A stretch of DNA of 64,000 nt from NCBI GenBank assembly GCA_047601445.1, contig JASGJH010000001.1, positions 9,312,001 through 9,376,000 of the forward strand, given 5' to 3'. The notes beneath the pieces are model-generated. The model made no database searches. It was not told the DNA's origin and worked only from the letters and a program-made list of their open reading frames with translations. A program made the translations under genes and the position numbers. The DNA is from Myxococcales bacterium. Its GTDB lineage: Bacteria > Myxococcota_A > Polyangia > Polyangiales > DASUME01. Of this stretch, positions 1 to 10,378 are shown piece after piece (the stretch's first letter is position 1; the number at the start of each line of letters is the position of its first letter).

Positions 1-116
1 CGTGGCTGCGCGCCAAATGGGGGTGCTGAGCGCCACGGTGAGGGCGCCGAGCCCGCCCAGTAAGCGACGGCGGGTGAGCACGGTACGAAGATCGGTTGGC
101 TCGTGGCTTCGAGGAC

Positions 117-120
<4 letters not shown>
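1..120 (-). CDS. N-terminus of a Tat-exported protein, probably DUF1552 family (partial, runs off window)
   Basis: ATG at 120 overlaps the upstream TGA (ATGA). Translates MSPRSHEPTDLRTVLTRRRLLGGLGALTVALSTPIWRAAT, a twin-arginine signal. DUF1552 is inferred from its usual position after DUF1592 genes. Confidence 0.7.
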
Positions 121-1883
<1,763 letters not shown>

Positions 1884-1906
1884 CCATGCCCCCTATGCGA
1901 GCAAAG

Positions 1907-1937
1907 GATGAGTGGGGGGATCCCGGCGCTTCGATCA
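1907..1937 (-). promoter_or_regulatory. Putative ECF sigma promoter, copy 1 (TGATCG-N17-CACTCATC on minus strand)
   Basis: 26/31 identical to 4223-4253; its proximal edge is 24 nt from the start codon at 1883. Confidence 0.65.
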
Positions 1938-2005
1938 CCTGAAAGAGCACGCCCCACGCGATGTCGACCACGCTGTCCTCGACGCGATCGTGCAGAACTC
2001 CGCCA

Positions 2006-2833
2006 CTACGGAAGCGTGCAGCAGATGTCGCAGTCGTAGGCGGGTAGGGCAGGGCGGCCGGCACAGGCTTGGGCACCGCAGGTCTGGCCTGCGAGGCCAC
2101 CGCAGCTCGCCACGCACTCGCCGTTGAGTTGGATCGAGTGCGGCGGTGAGCAGGGCGTATCGTTGCCTGGTGGTACGTCGCCCAGCGCGGTGAGGTACAG
2201 GCGATCGAGCGCTACCCCAGGCACGCAGTTGGCGATGGTCAGCACGTGGGGCCCCGCGGCGAGCATGAACGTGAGGTGATGTCCGTAGTCGGCATCGTTG
2301 TGGAGGTCGTCCCAGTACCAGACGTCGCCGGTGCTGATGCGCCACTTGAAGAAGTCACCGTCGTCGAGCTGAACCCAGAAGCGATTGTTGGCGGCGCCCG
2401 GAGCGTGGATCCGCCCCCAAATCACGTATTCACCGGCCTGCGCCAGGGCGAACTCGTAGCGAGCACGGGCCATCCCCGGAGCCGTGTCGGCATGCTCGGC
2501 CTGGGGCGGCTCGAGTATTCGACTCGCCGACGCGGCGGGATCCGAGCCCACGGTGAAGCCCCCAGAGAGCGCGGCACTCTCGGCTTCCAGGTAGAACGCG
2601 AGGGGCATCGGCACGGCCGCTTCGCTGGCCTGCGCATCCGGGACGACGCCCGCATCGTCGCTCGGCGTGCGCGCATCGCGAGGGCCTTCCCAGGCGCCCA
2701 CGGAGGTATCCGTGGCCGGGCAAGCCGCACACAAGCACGTGGCGAGAGCGCACATCGCACGAGCGGCGTAGGCGCTGCCCTGGATCTCGGAGCGGGCGAC
2801 TCCGCGCGCGAGCAAAGCGTCCCTGGACTTCAC
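2006..2833 (-). CDS. Secreted/lipoprotein with galactose-binding-like (CBM-type) beta-sandwich and Cys-rich C-terminus
   Basis: Hydrophobic Cys-containing N-terminus, DAG linker, LEAE..LSGGF...GEYVIWGR...FWVQLD...GPHVLTI...LDRLYLT pattern; overlaps the upstream gene. Confidence 0.6.
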   Translation of the reverse strand: MKSRDALLARGVARSEIQGSAYAARAMCALATCLCAACPATDTSVGAWEGPRDARTPSDDAGVVPDAQASEAAVPMPLAFYLEAESAALSGGFTVGSDPAASASRILEPPQAEHADTAPGMARARYEFALAQAGEYVIWGRIHAPGAANNRFWVQLDDGDFFKWRISTGDVWYWDDLHNDADYGHHLTFMLAAGPHVLTIANCVPGVALDRLYLTALGDVPPGNDTPCSPPHSIQLNGECVASCGGLAGQTCGAQACAGRPALPAYDCDICCTLP

Positions 2834-3615
2834 GGCGCGCTCAGAAATCTCGCGAGTCGAGGGCTGTGCGGGCTCTCGGGATGGGCGGATATGAAGGCCT
2901 TCACCTTGCGTGCGACCAACGCGTGGTGTCCCTGCGCGGCGAGCACCTCGATCAACAGCACTTCACGCTCCTGGCCGAGCACGCCCCGCGGAGATTGCGC
3001 TCCGAGCCTCTCGAGCGTGGCGCGCGCCGCCGACGTGTCGCCGGCATGGAGCTGGGTGCGAGCAAGAGCCAAGGCCCGACTCTCGTGGAGCAACGGATCG
3101 CTTGCCCGGCTCTTGGTGGTCCTGGGTTCCTGCGCGGATGCTCGTACTTCCTCCAGCGCGGCTGGCTCGGAGCCCACTTGCAGTGCGCCTTCTTCGGCGG
3201 TCGCGAGTCTCGTCGTGTGCACCGCGACCTGCGCTCGAGCAGGAGCAGGCGCTGCTGCGTGTCGATCATGTTGGTCTAGCCAGACCGCGCCGCCGCCCAC
3301 CGCCGCACTCGTGACGGCCAATGCCACCGCTAGTTTGAGCCCGACCGCGGCTTTGGGCGCCAACGACAGCGTGCCAGCCACGACGGTTGCCTCGGCGCCC
3401 ACCTTCGCCGTGGCAGCCGCACCCGCTGCTCCGGTCGCCGCGCCACTCACGGCTGCGCCCGCGAGCGCCGCCGCGCCAAGTTGCGCCGCGATGCCCTGCC
3501 ATGCCTGGTCCTGGATGGCCTTCGTGGGCCCTGCACCGCGTACGCTTTGCAGCAACGCGCGTTCGAACTCGTCGGCATCGCTTGCTGCGCTCAATAACCG
3601 TTCGGGATCGCCCAT
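2830..3615 (-). CDS. Putative anti-sigma factor (single TM, C-terminal TPR-like domain), myxobacterial type
   Basis: Directly downstream of the ECF sigma; Ala-rich linker, one TM, C-terminal GVLGQEREVLLIEVL...FISAHPESPHSPRL motif. Confidence 0.7.
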   Translation of the reverse strand: MGDPERLLSAASDADEFERALLQSVRGAGPTKAIQDQAWQGIAAQLGAAALAGAAVSGAATGAAGAAATAKVGAEATVVAGTLSLAPKAAVGLKLAVALAVTSAAVGGGAVWLDQHDRHAAAPAPARAQVAVHTTRLATAEEGALQVGSEPAALEEVRASAQEPRTTKSRASDPLLHESRALALARTQLHAGDTSAARATLERLGAQSPRGVLGQEREVLLIEVLAAQGHHALVARKVKAFISAHPESPHSPRLARFLSAP

Positions 3616-4199
3616 CAGACTGCCTCCCTGGATTCGTTGGCCGAAAGGCGCGCGACCTCGCGCCGAAAGGACTCCCGTGCCAGGCGCAGGCGGGAGCGCA
3701 CCGTGCCCACCGAGATGCCGAGCAGCTCCGCGATCTCCTCGCCGGAGAACTCCTCGATCTCGAACAGCACGAACACCTCCCGTTGCGCCTCGGGGATCTT
3801 GCGCAAGATGTTCTCTGCCAACATGGCCTCTTGGCGCGTCTCGGTGTTCGCGCTCGGATCCCCTGGCGCCGGCGCGCGATCGAAGTCCGTGCCGTCGACC
3901 GCGACTTCCCGCCGGATCGGGGCGGAGCGCCGGTAGTCACTCGCCTGGCGCTGGCAGATACCGAACAGCCAGCTCTTGAAGGAGGAGCGCTGCTCGAACT
4001 CCGGTAGGCGCAGGAACGCCGTCAAGAATACCTTCTGGACCACGTCGGAGAGGTCGGAGTCGCGCACTCCGAAGCGCCGCAAGCAGCGCCAAGCGAAGGG
4101 CGCATGTGCCTCGTAGAGCGCACGAAAGTCGGGCGTCGAAGCACGCTCTGGGGCGTGCGAGCGCAAGTCCGAGGGCTTCATGCCGGCGCTGCTTCGCAA
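3615..4199 (-). CDS. ECF RNA polymerase sigma-70 factor
   Basis: Region 2 DVVQKVFL...FKSWLFGI; region 4 QREVFVLFEIEEFSGEEIAELLGISVGTVRSRLRLAR. Start is TTG 4199 or ATG 4181. Confidence 0.95.
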   Translation of the reverse strand: MRSSAGMKPSDLRSHAPERASTPDFRALYEAHAPFAWRCLRRFGVRDSDLSDVVQKVFLTAFLRLPEFEQRSSFKSWLFGICQRQASDYRRSAPIRREVAVDGTDFDRAPAPGDPSANTETRQEAMLAENILRKIPEAQREVFVLFEIEEFSGEEIAELLGISVGTVRSRLRLARESFRREVARLSANESREAV

Positions 4200-4222
4200 G
4201 GGGTCATCTAGCGTGCCTGATA

Positions 4223-4253
4223 GATGAGTGGGGGGATCCCCGAGAAACGATCA
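4223..4253 (-). promoter_or_regulatory. Putative ECF sigma promoter, copy 2 (autoregulatory)
   Basis: Near-identical to 1907-1937; 24 nt from the TTG start of the ECF gene. Confidence 0.65.
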
Positions 4254-4300
4254 TTCTATGCGCAGGTCACGAAGAGCGACTAGGCTGCCGGCCTGCATCG

Positions 4301-5275
4301 ATGCGGATTCCGTCGACAGCGTTCATTTTGGGGGTGGCCCTACTTTGCTCGGCCGTCGAAGCCCAAAGCGGTCCGGTCGTGCTGCGCGGGCCCGGTGCCG
4401 AGGGGTGCCCCGAGGGTGAGCAGCTCGGTGCCCGCATCGCCGCGATTCGACACGAAGCCGAGGCCCCTGCGAGCGCTGCGTACGAGGTGTCGTTCAGCCA
4501 CTCCGGCAGCGAGTATGCCGCTGCGGTCCGACGCATCGATGACCCTTCGGGTGTGCGAACGCTTACGACCCAGGGCGAGAGCTGTGCCGCCCTGGCGGAA
4601 GCCACGGCGATGACGATTTTGCTGTTGCTGGACTCGGAGCCGCAGCCCGAGCGAAGCCCCAGCCCGCCCAATCTGTCGCCGCCATCGCCGACGCCACCCG
4701 TGACGACGACCCGGGAGGTTGCGCCGCCAGTTCCCGCGGGCTCCGAGGGCCCGACCGCGCCCCATGAGGCCGGGCTGCGCGGGACCTTGGCCATCGGCGG
4801 AGGAGTACTGGTCGGCGCCCTGCGTCCCGCCATGCCGACCTTCGAGACCGAGCTCGGCCTGCTTTGGAGGGCGCTGCGCGCGGGCCTGGGTGTGCTGTGG
4901 ACCGTGCCCGCCAATGTGGAGTTCGGACCCGGCACCCTGCACGAGGCTTCCTTCGCAGGGACGGCCCGCGTCTCCTGCGCTGCGTTGACGCGCGGGCCGC
5001 TGCGTCTCGAGCTGGGCTCCGGCTTGATCGCCGGTGTCGCTGACGTGCAAGCCAGGGGCTACACGCGCAACCAACACGAGCGTGAGCCGTGGCTCGCGCT
5101 ACCGCTCGGCCTGAGCTTCGGCTACTGGCAGCGTCATGTCGGAGTCGAGCTGGTCGGCAGCGCGCTGCTACCCCTGATTCGCCACGACTTCAGCATCCAG
5201 GGCCTCGGACCTGCCTATCGGTCCTTGCCGGTATGGCCGTGGATCTCGCTGCGCGTGACCGGTATCTGGCCGTGA
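4301..5275 (+). CDS. Secreted protein with Pro-rich linker and probable C-terminal outer-membrane beta-barrel
   Basis: Signal peptide MRIPSTAFILGVALLCSAVEA; two Cys in the N-domain; amphipathic beta strands ending in an aromatic residue; divergent from the ECF gene. Confidence 0.6.
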   Translation: MRIPSTAFILGVALLCSAVEAQSGPVVLRGPGAEGCPEGEQLGARIAAIRHEAEAPASAAYEVSFSHSGSEYAAAVRRIDDPSGVRTLTTQGESCAALAEATAMTILLLLDSEPQPERSPSPPNLSPPSPTPPVTTTREVAPPVPAGSEGPTAPHEAGLRGTLAIGGGVLVGALRPAMPTFETELGLLWRALRAGLGVLWTVPANVEFGPGTLHEASFAGTARVSCAALTRGPLRLELGSGLIAGVADVQARGYTRNQHEREPWLALPLGLSFGYWQRHVGVELVGSALLPLIRHDFSIQGLGPAYRSLPVWPWISLRVTGIWP

Positions 5276-5337
5276 CCGCCACGCTTCGCCGAGCCGCGCG
5301 ATACCCCTGGCACGCAGCATCGCCGTCGCATGGCAGC

Positions 5338-7680
5338 TCAGCCGCCCTCGCGCAGTTGCTTCGCGCGCTCCTCCGCGCGCTCCCACATGCGTAGGTAGCC
5401 CTCGGCCGAGCGGAACAGCGGCTCCAGATCGGCATCCGAATTGGCGTCCCCGCGCGCGTCCTCGATGAGCTCGGGCAAGAGCCCGATGTGCACCAAGCCC
5501 TCGGTATTGAAGTCGAGCGTGCGCTCGCCCACCTTGGGCTGGGTGAACTCCACATCGCCCGTATAGGACTTGAAGGGGTAAGTGACACGGTCGGCCTGAA
5601 CCGCCTGGCAGCCCGCGCGCTCGCCGAAGCGCGGCTTCGGTGCCCCCGCGAAGCCATTCAGATCGAGGCCCAAGCCTTCGGCGCCGTAGCCCCCGTACTT
5701 CTTCTGCAGCGCGACGCGCTCGAGCAGCGGCTTGAGCATGGCGCCCTTCAGCTGCGGATCGCGACAGCGTCCGAAGTTCATTCGCGAGATGCCCCCCAGT
5801 GCATAGAGACGGCCGTCGTAATGCGTACCGTGGGTGCCCGCGGCCGGATAGTCGTGCTCTTCGAGCAGCTCGAACGCTCGCTGGTAGCCGCGGCGAGGCA
5901 AGTGATCGAGCTCGATGATCATCCCGCGCGCCATCATCTCGCGCATCAGCGTCTCGCCGAGCGCAGTGAGCCCCGTCTTCTGGCAATAGTTCCCCTTGAG
6001 AGGTGCGCCTATCAACCGTGGGGAGTGCTCGGTCAAGGTCAGCATGGGCTGCTTGGCGAACTTGCTCATGTCGTTCGGGGGCGGTGCGTCGTAGCGGTCG
6101 CGCGGCTTGTTGAGCCCGCCGAACTCCACGTTTCCCGAATCGAAGACGGTCGGCACAGCGTCGGGACAGCTCTCTACGAAGTTCGAGTACTGTCCGCTGT
6201 TGACGAAGTTGCCCAGCTCGATGAAGCCGCGGTGGCCGTCGCCCGCGGAGAAGGCATTGTCGTACTTGTGCACGGGAAACATCGCGCGCACGCCGAGGGC
6301 GTAGTAGTCGTCGAGGGTTTCACGAACATACGCTGGGTCGCATTTGGGCGCGCCGCTGTGGGGCACGGAGAAGCAATCGAACAGGTTCGAGGTCTCGATG
6401 CCGAGCACTACCGCGAGCTTACCGTCCGCGATCACCTTGCGCGCTGCAGTCGGGGTCTCGACGATGCGGAAGAATCCCCGACCTGGGCCACCGGCCTGTG
6501 CGTCGATGTAGCGCTCCATGTTGCGAGCTTCGCGCAGGATGCGGTCGACGGCGACCATGTCGTTGCAGGAGTACCGCACGTCTTGGTAGCCCTGGCCTAC
6601 AGTGAAGTCGCAGATGATCTGGTTGGTGGTGGCGTGCAAAATCTCCAGCCTTAGGCCCGAAAGCCAGGCGCGCTGGAGCCACACGTAGTACTGGGTCTGG
6701 TGGGTCGAGCTGAAGGGGCCGTTCGGCCAATCGGTGAAGTCTGGATAGCCTGCGGTGTGGTGGTTGTCGCGCCCGAGCTGTCCGCCGAACAGCACGGGCA
6801 ACAGCGTGTTGGCTTTGAAGCCTTCGGGGCCTCGGTCGAAGCCATAGCCGAAGAAGTCCTTGCGCCCCATCTCGCCGTGAAACGGCTCGCAGCTCCCGAG
6901 CGCGTGCTCGACACCGAGGCGGTGGAAGGGAGCGCCGTGGAAAATGCCGCCGCCTCCGAAGCCGAAGTTGGACAGCACGTGGGAGTGCGCATCGACAATA
7001 CCGTAGAGCGTGCCGTCGTCGAACTTGGTGCGGCCGACGCTGCCGCGCGCGTCGAGCGAGAGCTCCGGGTGTTCGCTGCAGCCGGTGGCGGCCTCGAAGC
7101 GAATGGGGGCGGCCTCCGATTCGGCGAGCACCAGGCCCTGCGCACCGAGGAAGCGGGCGCTCTGCTTGTGTTGCACGGAGAACTCAGCGGGTGAGCTCGC
7201 GCGCGGCAGGACCTGCCACTCTGCGGGCGAGACGAACGTGTCGTCAAGCAACGAGATGTCCGATTCGAGCGAGGTCGTGCGGACGAGCGAGAGCTCCTTG
7301 CCGGTGACGTAGCCCTTCTCGTGATCGTAGAGGAGGTAGGTTCCCAGATCGGCAGCCTTGAGATAGAAGCGGGCGGCCGCGCTGGCGGTGCTCGTGGCGA
7401 ATGCGTAGCCGCCATGGCTCTGCGTCACCAAATAGCTGCCGTTGGTGCCGAGTGTGTAGCAACCGCCGGCGAATGCGTAGGGATTCGGCTGCGGCGCACC
7501 CGCGTCGGTCTCCGCCTTGGGCCGAGCGGCATCGGGTGTGTCGCCATCCGTGCCTGGGGAGTCCTGAACGGCGGCATCGCGTGGAGGTTCTGGATCCGGA
7601 TCGAGCGAGTGCGGGCCGTCAGAACCGCATGCGCCCAGCACTGCCACACCGACCACCGTGGCCGCGTACAACCATCTCAC
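5338..7680 (-). CDS. Lipoprotein, amidohydrolase / membrane dipeptidase (M19)-like, resembling sphingolipid ceramide N-deacylase family
   Basis: Lipobox LGAC; DAHSH, THQTQYYVWLQRAWLSGLRL, GKLAVVLGIE, HKYDN, GLTALGE..MREMMARGMIIELDH, GLVHIGLLPELIED. Confidence 0.75.
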   Translation of the reverse strand: MRWLYAATVVGVAVLGACGSDGPHSLDPDPEPPRDAAVQDSPGTDGDTPDAARPKAETDAGAPQPNPYAFAGGCYTLGTNGSYLVTQSHGGYAFATSTASAAARFYLKAADLGTYLLYDHEKGYVTGKELSLVRTTSLESDISLLDDTFVSPAEWQVLPRASSPAEFSVQHKQSARFLGAQGLVLAESEAAPIRFEAATGCSEHPELSLDARGSVGRTKFDDGTLYGIVDAHSHVLSNFGFGGGGIFHGAPFHRLGVEHALGSCEPFHGEMGRKDFFGYGFDRGPEGFKANTLLPVLFGGQLGRDNHHTAGYPDFTDWPNGPFSSTHQTQYYVWLQRAWLSGLRLEILHATTNQIICDFTVGQGYQDVRYSCNDMVAVDRILREARNMERYIDAQAGGPGRGFFRIVETPTAARKVIADGKLAVVLGIETSNLFDCFSVPHSGAPKCDPAYVRETLDDYYALGVRAMFPVHKYDNAFSAGDGHRGFIELGNFVNSGQYSNFVESCPDAVPTVFDSGNVEFGGLNKPRDRYDAPPPNDMSKFAKQPMLTLTEHSPRLIGAPLKGNYCQKTGLTALGETLMREMMARGMIIELDHLPRRGYQRAFELLEEHDYPAAGTHGTHYDGRLYALGGISRMNFGRCRDPQLKGAMLKPLLERVALQKKYGGYGAEGLGLDLNGFAGAPKPRFGERAGCQAVQADRVTYPFKSYTGDVEFTQPKVGERTLDFNTEGLVHIGLLPELIEDARGDANSDADLEPLFRSAEGYLRMWERAEERAKQLREGG

Positions 7681-7829
7681 TCGATCACACTACGAGCTGC
7701 GTGCAGGTTCGGCCCGTCCTTTCTCGCAGCAGGTAGCGTCGGAAGATGAGGGCCGATACCAGGACGGCAACGGGAGCGATGGGAGCTCGATGGCCCATCA
7801 GTCGGATCGCCGAGCTTCCCTCCAGTCCC

Positions 7830-8945
7830 TCACTTCTCCGTGGCCTTGATCTGCTCCACGATGTTCTTCACCACCTCCGGATTGATCGACGTGGTGTGCG
7901 AATGTCCGCCCATCGTGAACTCGGAGTGGGCCCAGCCCGGATCGCAGTTCGGCCACTCTCCGAGCATCTGCATGTTGCCGATGTCCTTGGGGCCGACCTT
8001 GGCGTCGCAGCCGTGGTTCTTGGCGTCGGTGCTTTGATCCGGTAGGCCCGCGACCATGTCGGTGTCGCCCACCGTGTGGATCTGGGAGACGCGCTTGGGG
8101 CACTCGCTGTTCGCGCTGCCAGCGCCCGGACCAAAGCCGCCGCCTCCGACCTTGCTCGTGCCGCCGGACATGCCGAGCACACCGGTGGCGCGTGACTTGA
8201 GCATGTCGTCGCAGACGAAGGTCTTGGCGAACATGGCGCCCCATGAGTGGCCGGCGACCCACAGCCCTGTCAGGTCGTACTTGGCGAACTTCTCGTAGAC
8301 CCAGTCGATCACCGCGTAGAGGTGCGGCTTGTCTTGGCCGTTGTCTCCATTGCCCCACTGGGAGACCACGGACTTGGGCTCGACGACGATGAGGTTGTGG
8401 GAGTCGACCAGCTGGTAGGCCGCGAAGTAGCCGTGCGTGTAGAACTTGAGGTTCTCGGTGGACATGGTGCCGTGCAGCAGGAGCACCACGGTGACCGCGG
8501 CACCTTCATGCTTGTTGCAGGGGTAGGTCACGATCACGTCGCGACCTCCGACCTTCACGTTGGCCGCACCCAGTGGGCTGCCGAAGCCGCCCTTGGCGGG
8601 GCCGCAGGGCACGTCTGGTAGCGTCACCACGGGCTTGGATGGGTCGCCATCGAGAGGGCCTTCGTGACCCGGCTTCTCCGTGTCGCCATCGCCAACGTCA
8701 CCATCGCCGGTGTCGCCGTCACCCGAGTCTAGGTCGCCATCGCCGTCGCCGTCCCCCTTGTCGTCGTGCTTGCCATCGCCATCGCCATCGCCGTCCCCAT
8801 CGCCATCGCCGTCCCCATCGCCATCGCCGTCTCCGTCGCCGCTGATCGATTCGCCTAGCTTGTCCGTGTCGAGGGGCGCGGCTGCACACGCCGTCGTCGC
8901 CACGCACGCCAACAATCCCAACCAACGCCACGCTCGAGTCCGCAT
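7830..8945 (-). CDS. Lipoprotein alpha/beta-hydrolase (PHB-depolymerase/esterase-like) with Gly-Asp repeat
   Basis: Lipobox TTAC; LLHG oxyanion motif, GHSWG nucleophile elbow, GDTD and GHSH acid/His candidates. Confidence 0.75.
   Translation of the reverse strand: MRTRAWRWLGLLACVATTACAAAPLDTDKLGESISGDGDGDGDGDGDGDGDGDGDGDGKHDDKGDGDGDGDLDSGDGDTGDGDVGDGDTEKPGHEGPLDGDPSKPVVTLPDVPCGPAKGGFGSPLGAANVKVGGRDVIVTYPCNKHEGAAVTVVLLLHGTMSTENLKFYTHGYFAAYQLVDSHNLIVVEPKSVVSQWGNGDNGQDKPHLYAVIDWVYEKFAKYDLTGLWVAGHSWGAMFAKTFVCDDMLKSRATGVLGMSGGTSKVGGGGFGPGAGSANSECPKRVSQIHTVGDTDMVAGLPDQSTDAKNHGCDAKVGPKDIGNMQMLGEWPNCDPGWAHSEFTMGGHSHTTSINPEVVKNIVEQIKATEK
8683..8841 (-). repeat. In-frame hexamer repeat encoding (Gly-Asp)n
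   Basis: CCATCG/CCGTCG/CCGTCC units; about 11 contiguous GD pairs plus degenerate GDGD copies. Confidence 0.9.
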
Positions 8946-9142
8946 ATCGTCCTCCGCAGTCCGCCACGCCGCCGCTCTCTTGCGAGCCTCTAACGCGTGT
9001 AGCGAGCGCGCCGCAAGCTCGACCACGTGCGGCGTAAAGTTGCGGTGTTCATGCCTGAAAACGCGGCGTTTGGCGCAAAGGGTCATGCCTTTGGAATGAC
9101 TCGACTGACCCCCTGTCGGCCCCCGTGCTAACTCGGGGGTCC

Positions 9143-10309
9143 ATGCGCGACGTGCCCCTTCGAACTGAGCTCGCTGACACCTGGCAAGACGTGGCGGCGT
9201 CATTCCGTCGCGCTCTGCCTGCGATCCTCGCCTTCGCCGTCATTCGTGCCCTGGGCCTGTGGGCGGTCTCGCTGGAAGCGCCGTCCCACAAGGTCGACTA
9301 CTGGCCGCTCTTCCACTCGGCCTACGACTGTCGCTGGTACATCAACGTCGTCAAAGACGGCTACGACACCACGGTCACGCCGCTCGACGCCTGGGGCAAG
9401 CTCCGCAACCCCAACGTGACGTTCTTCCCACTCTTGCCGGGCATGATGTGGCTGGTGAGCAAGCTCGGCTTCGAGGTCCACTGGAGCGGTCTCATCGTCT
9501 CCTGGTCCTTCAGTCTGCTCGCGGCCTGGGGCATCTATGCGGTCGGCGAGCGCCTCGACGGAAGGCGTACCGGCACGTTGCTCGCGCTGCTCTGGGGCTC
9601 GATGCCGCACAGCATCGTGCTCTCGATGGCGTACACCGAGGGCGTATTCACCGCACTGTGCGCGTTCTGCCTGCTGGCATTGCTCGACCGCAGGTGGCTC
9701 ACGGCGGCGCTCTTCTGCGTGCTCGCAGGGCTAACACGTCCCACCGGTGTGGCTCTGGTGGCCGCCGTTGGCGTGAGCGCCCTGCTCGCCGTCTTCAAGC
9801 GCCAGGACGGCTACCGTCCGTGGCTCTGCGGAGCCCTGTGTCCGCTCGGGTTCGTGGGCTGGCTCGCCTGGGTCGGACAGCGCCTGGGTTCGCCCACCGG
9901 ATACTTCGAGGCGATTCGCAAGTGGGGCAGTCCCTTCGACTTCGGCAAGTACACGCTGGCGCAGATCAAGAGCATCATGCTCGTGGCAGGTAAGCATCCG
10001 CTCGCGGTGATCGTCGTGATGATCGTCCTGGTGGTGGCGGTGGTTCTGTTCGCCTGGTGCATCGTGCTGCGGCAGCCGCTGCCGCTGCTCACGTTCTCGT
10101 TCATGGTGCTCGTGCTGGTGCTGGGCGCCGGTGGCTTCTTCCACTCCAAGGCGCGCATCCTCTTCCCGGCCTTCCCGCTGCTCTTGCCCATCGCCCAGGG
10201 CCTCAGCCGGGCGCCGCGCGCGGGCGCCTACGTGACCATGGCAGGTATCCTGGGCTGCTCCACGGTGTACTGGGTCTACCTGCGTCTGGTTTGGCTCTAT
10301 TCTCCCTAG
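9143..10309 (+). CDS. GT-C family (PIG-V-like) membrane mannosyltransferase
   Basis: Multi-TM; YDCRWY...GYD, FFPLLP, MAYTEGVF, LAGLTRPTG, SKARILFPAFPLLLP. Confidence 0.8.
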   Translation: MRDVPLRTELADTWQDVAASFRRALPAILAFAVIRALGLWAVSLEAPSHKVDYWPLFHSAYDCRWYINVVKDGYDTTVTPLDAWGKLRNPNVTFFPLLPGMMWLVSKLGFEVHWSGLIVSWSFSLLAAWGIYAVGERLDGRRTGTLLALLWGSMPHSIVLSMAYTEGVFTALCAFCLLALLDRRWLTAALFCVLAGLTRPTGVALVAAVGVSALLAVFKRQDGYRPWLCGALCPLGFVGWLAWVGQRLGSPTGYFEAIRKWGSPFDFGKYTLAQIKSIMLVAGKHPLAVIVVMIVLVVAVVLFAWCIVLRQPLPLLTFSFMVLVLVLGAGGFFHSKARILFPAFPLLLPIAQGLSRAPRAGAYVTMAGILGCSTVYWVYLRLVWLYSP

Positions 10310-10378
10310 TTTCCCGGGAAAATCATCGAGGTCCGAAAACCGCGAGCGCGCCGGGGCGTGAAGGCCTAGCTTCCCTGG

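Noticed and set aside
2246..3979. 577-aa plus-strand ORF
   Set aside because: Antisense shadow of the ECF, anti-sigma and lipoprotein genes; no motifs; expected in high-GC DNA.
4178..4207. 9-codon upstream ORF (MTPCEAAPA) overlapping the ECF ATG at 4181
   Set aside because: No RBS and too short to support without ribosome profiling.
8683..8841. Tandem repeats as a possible CRISPR array or non-coding VNTR
   Set aside because: 6-bp in-frame coding units with no spacers and no cas genes.
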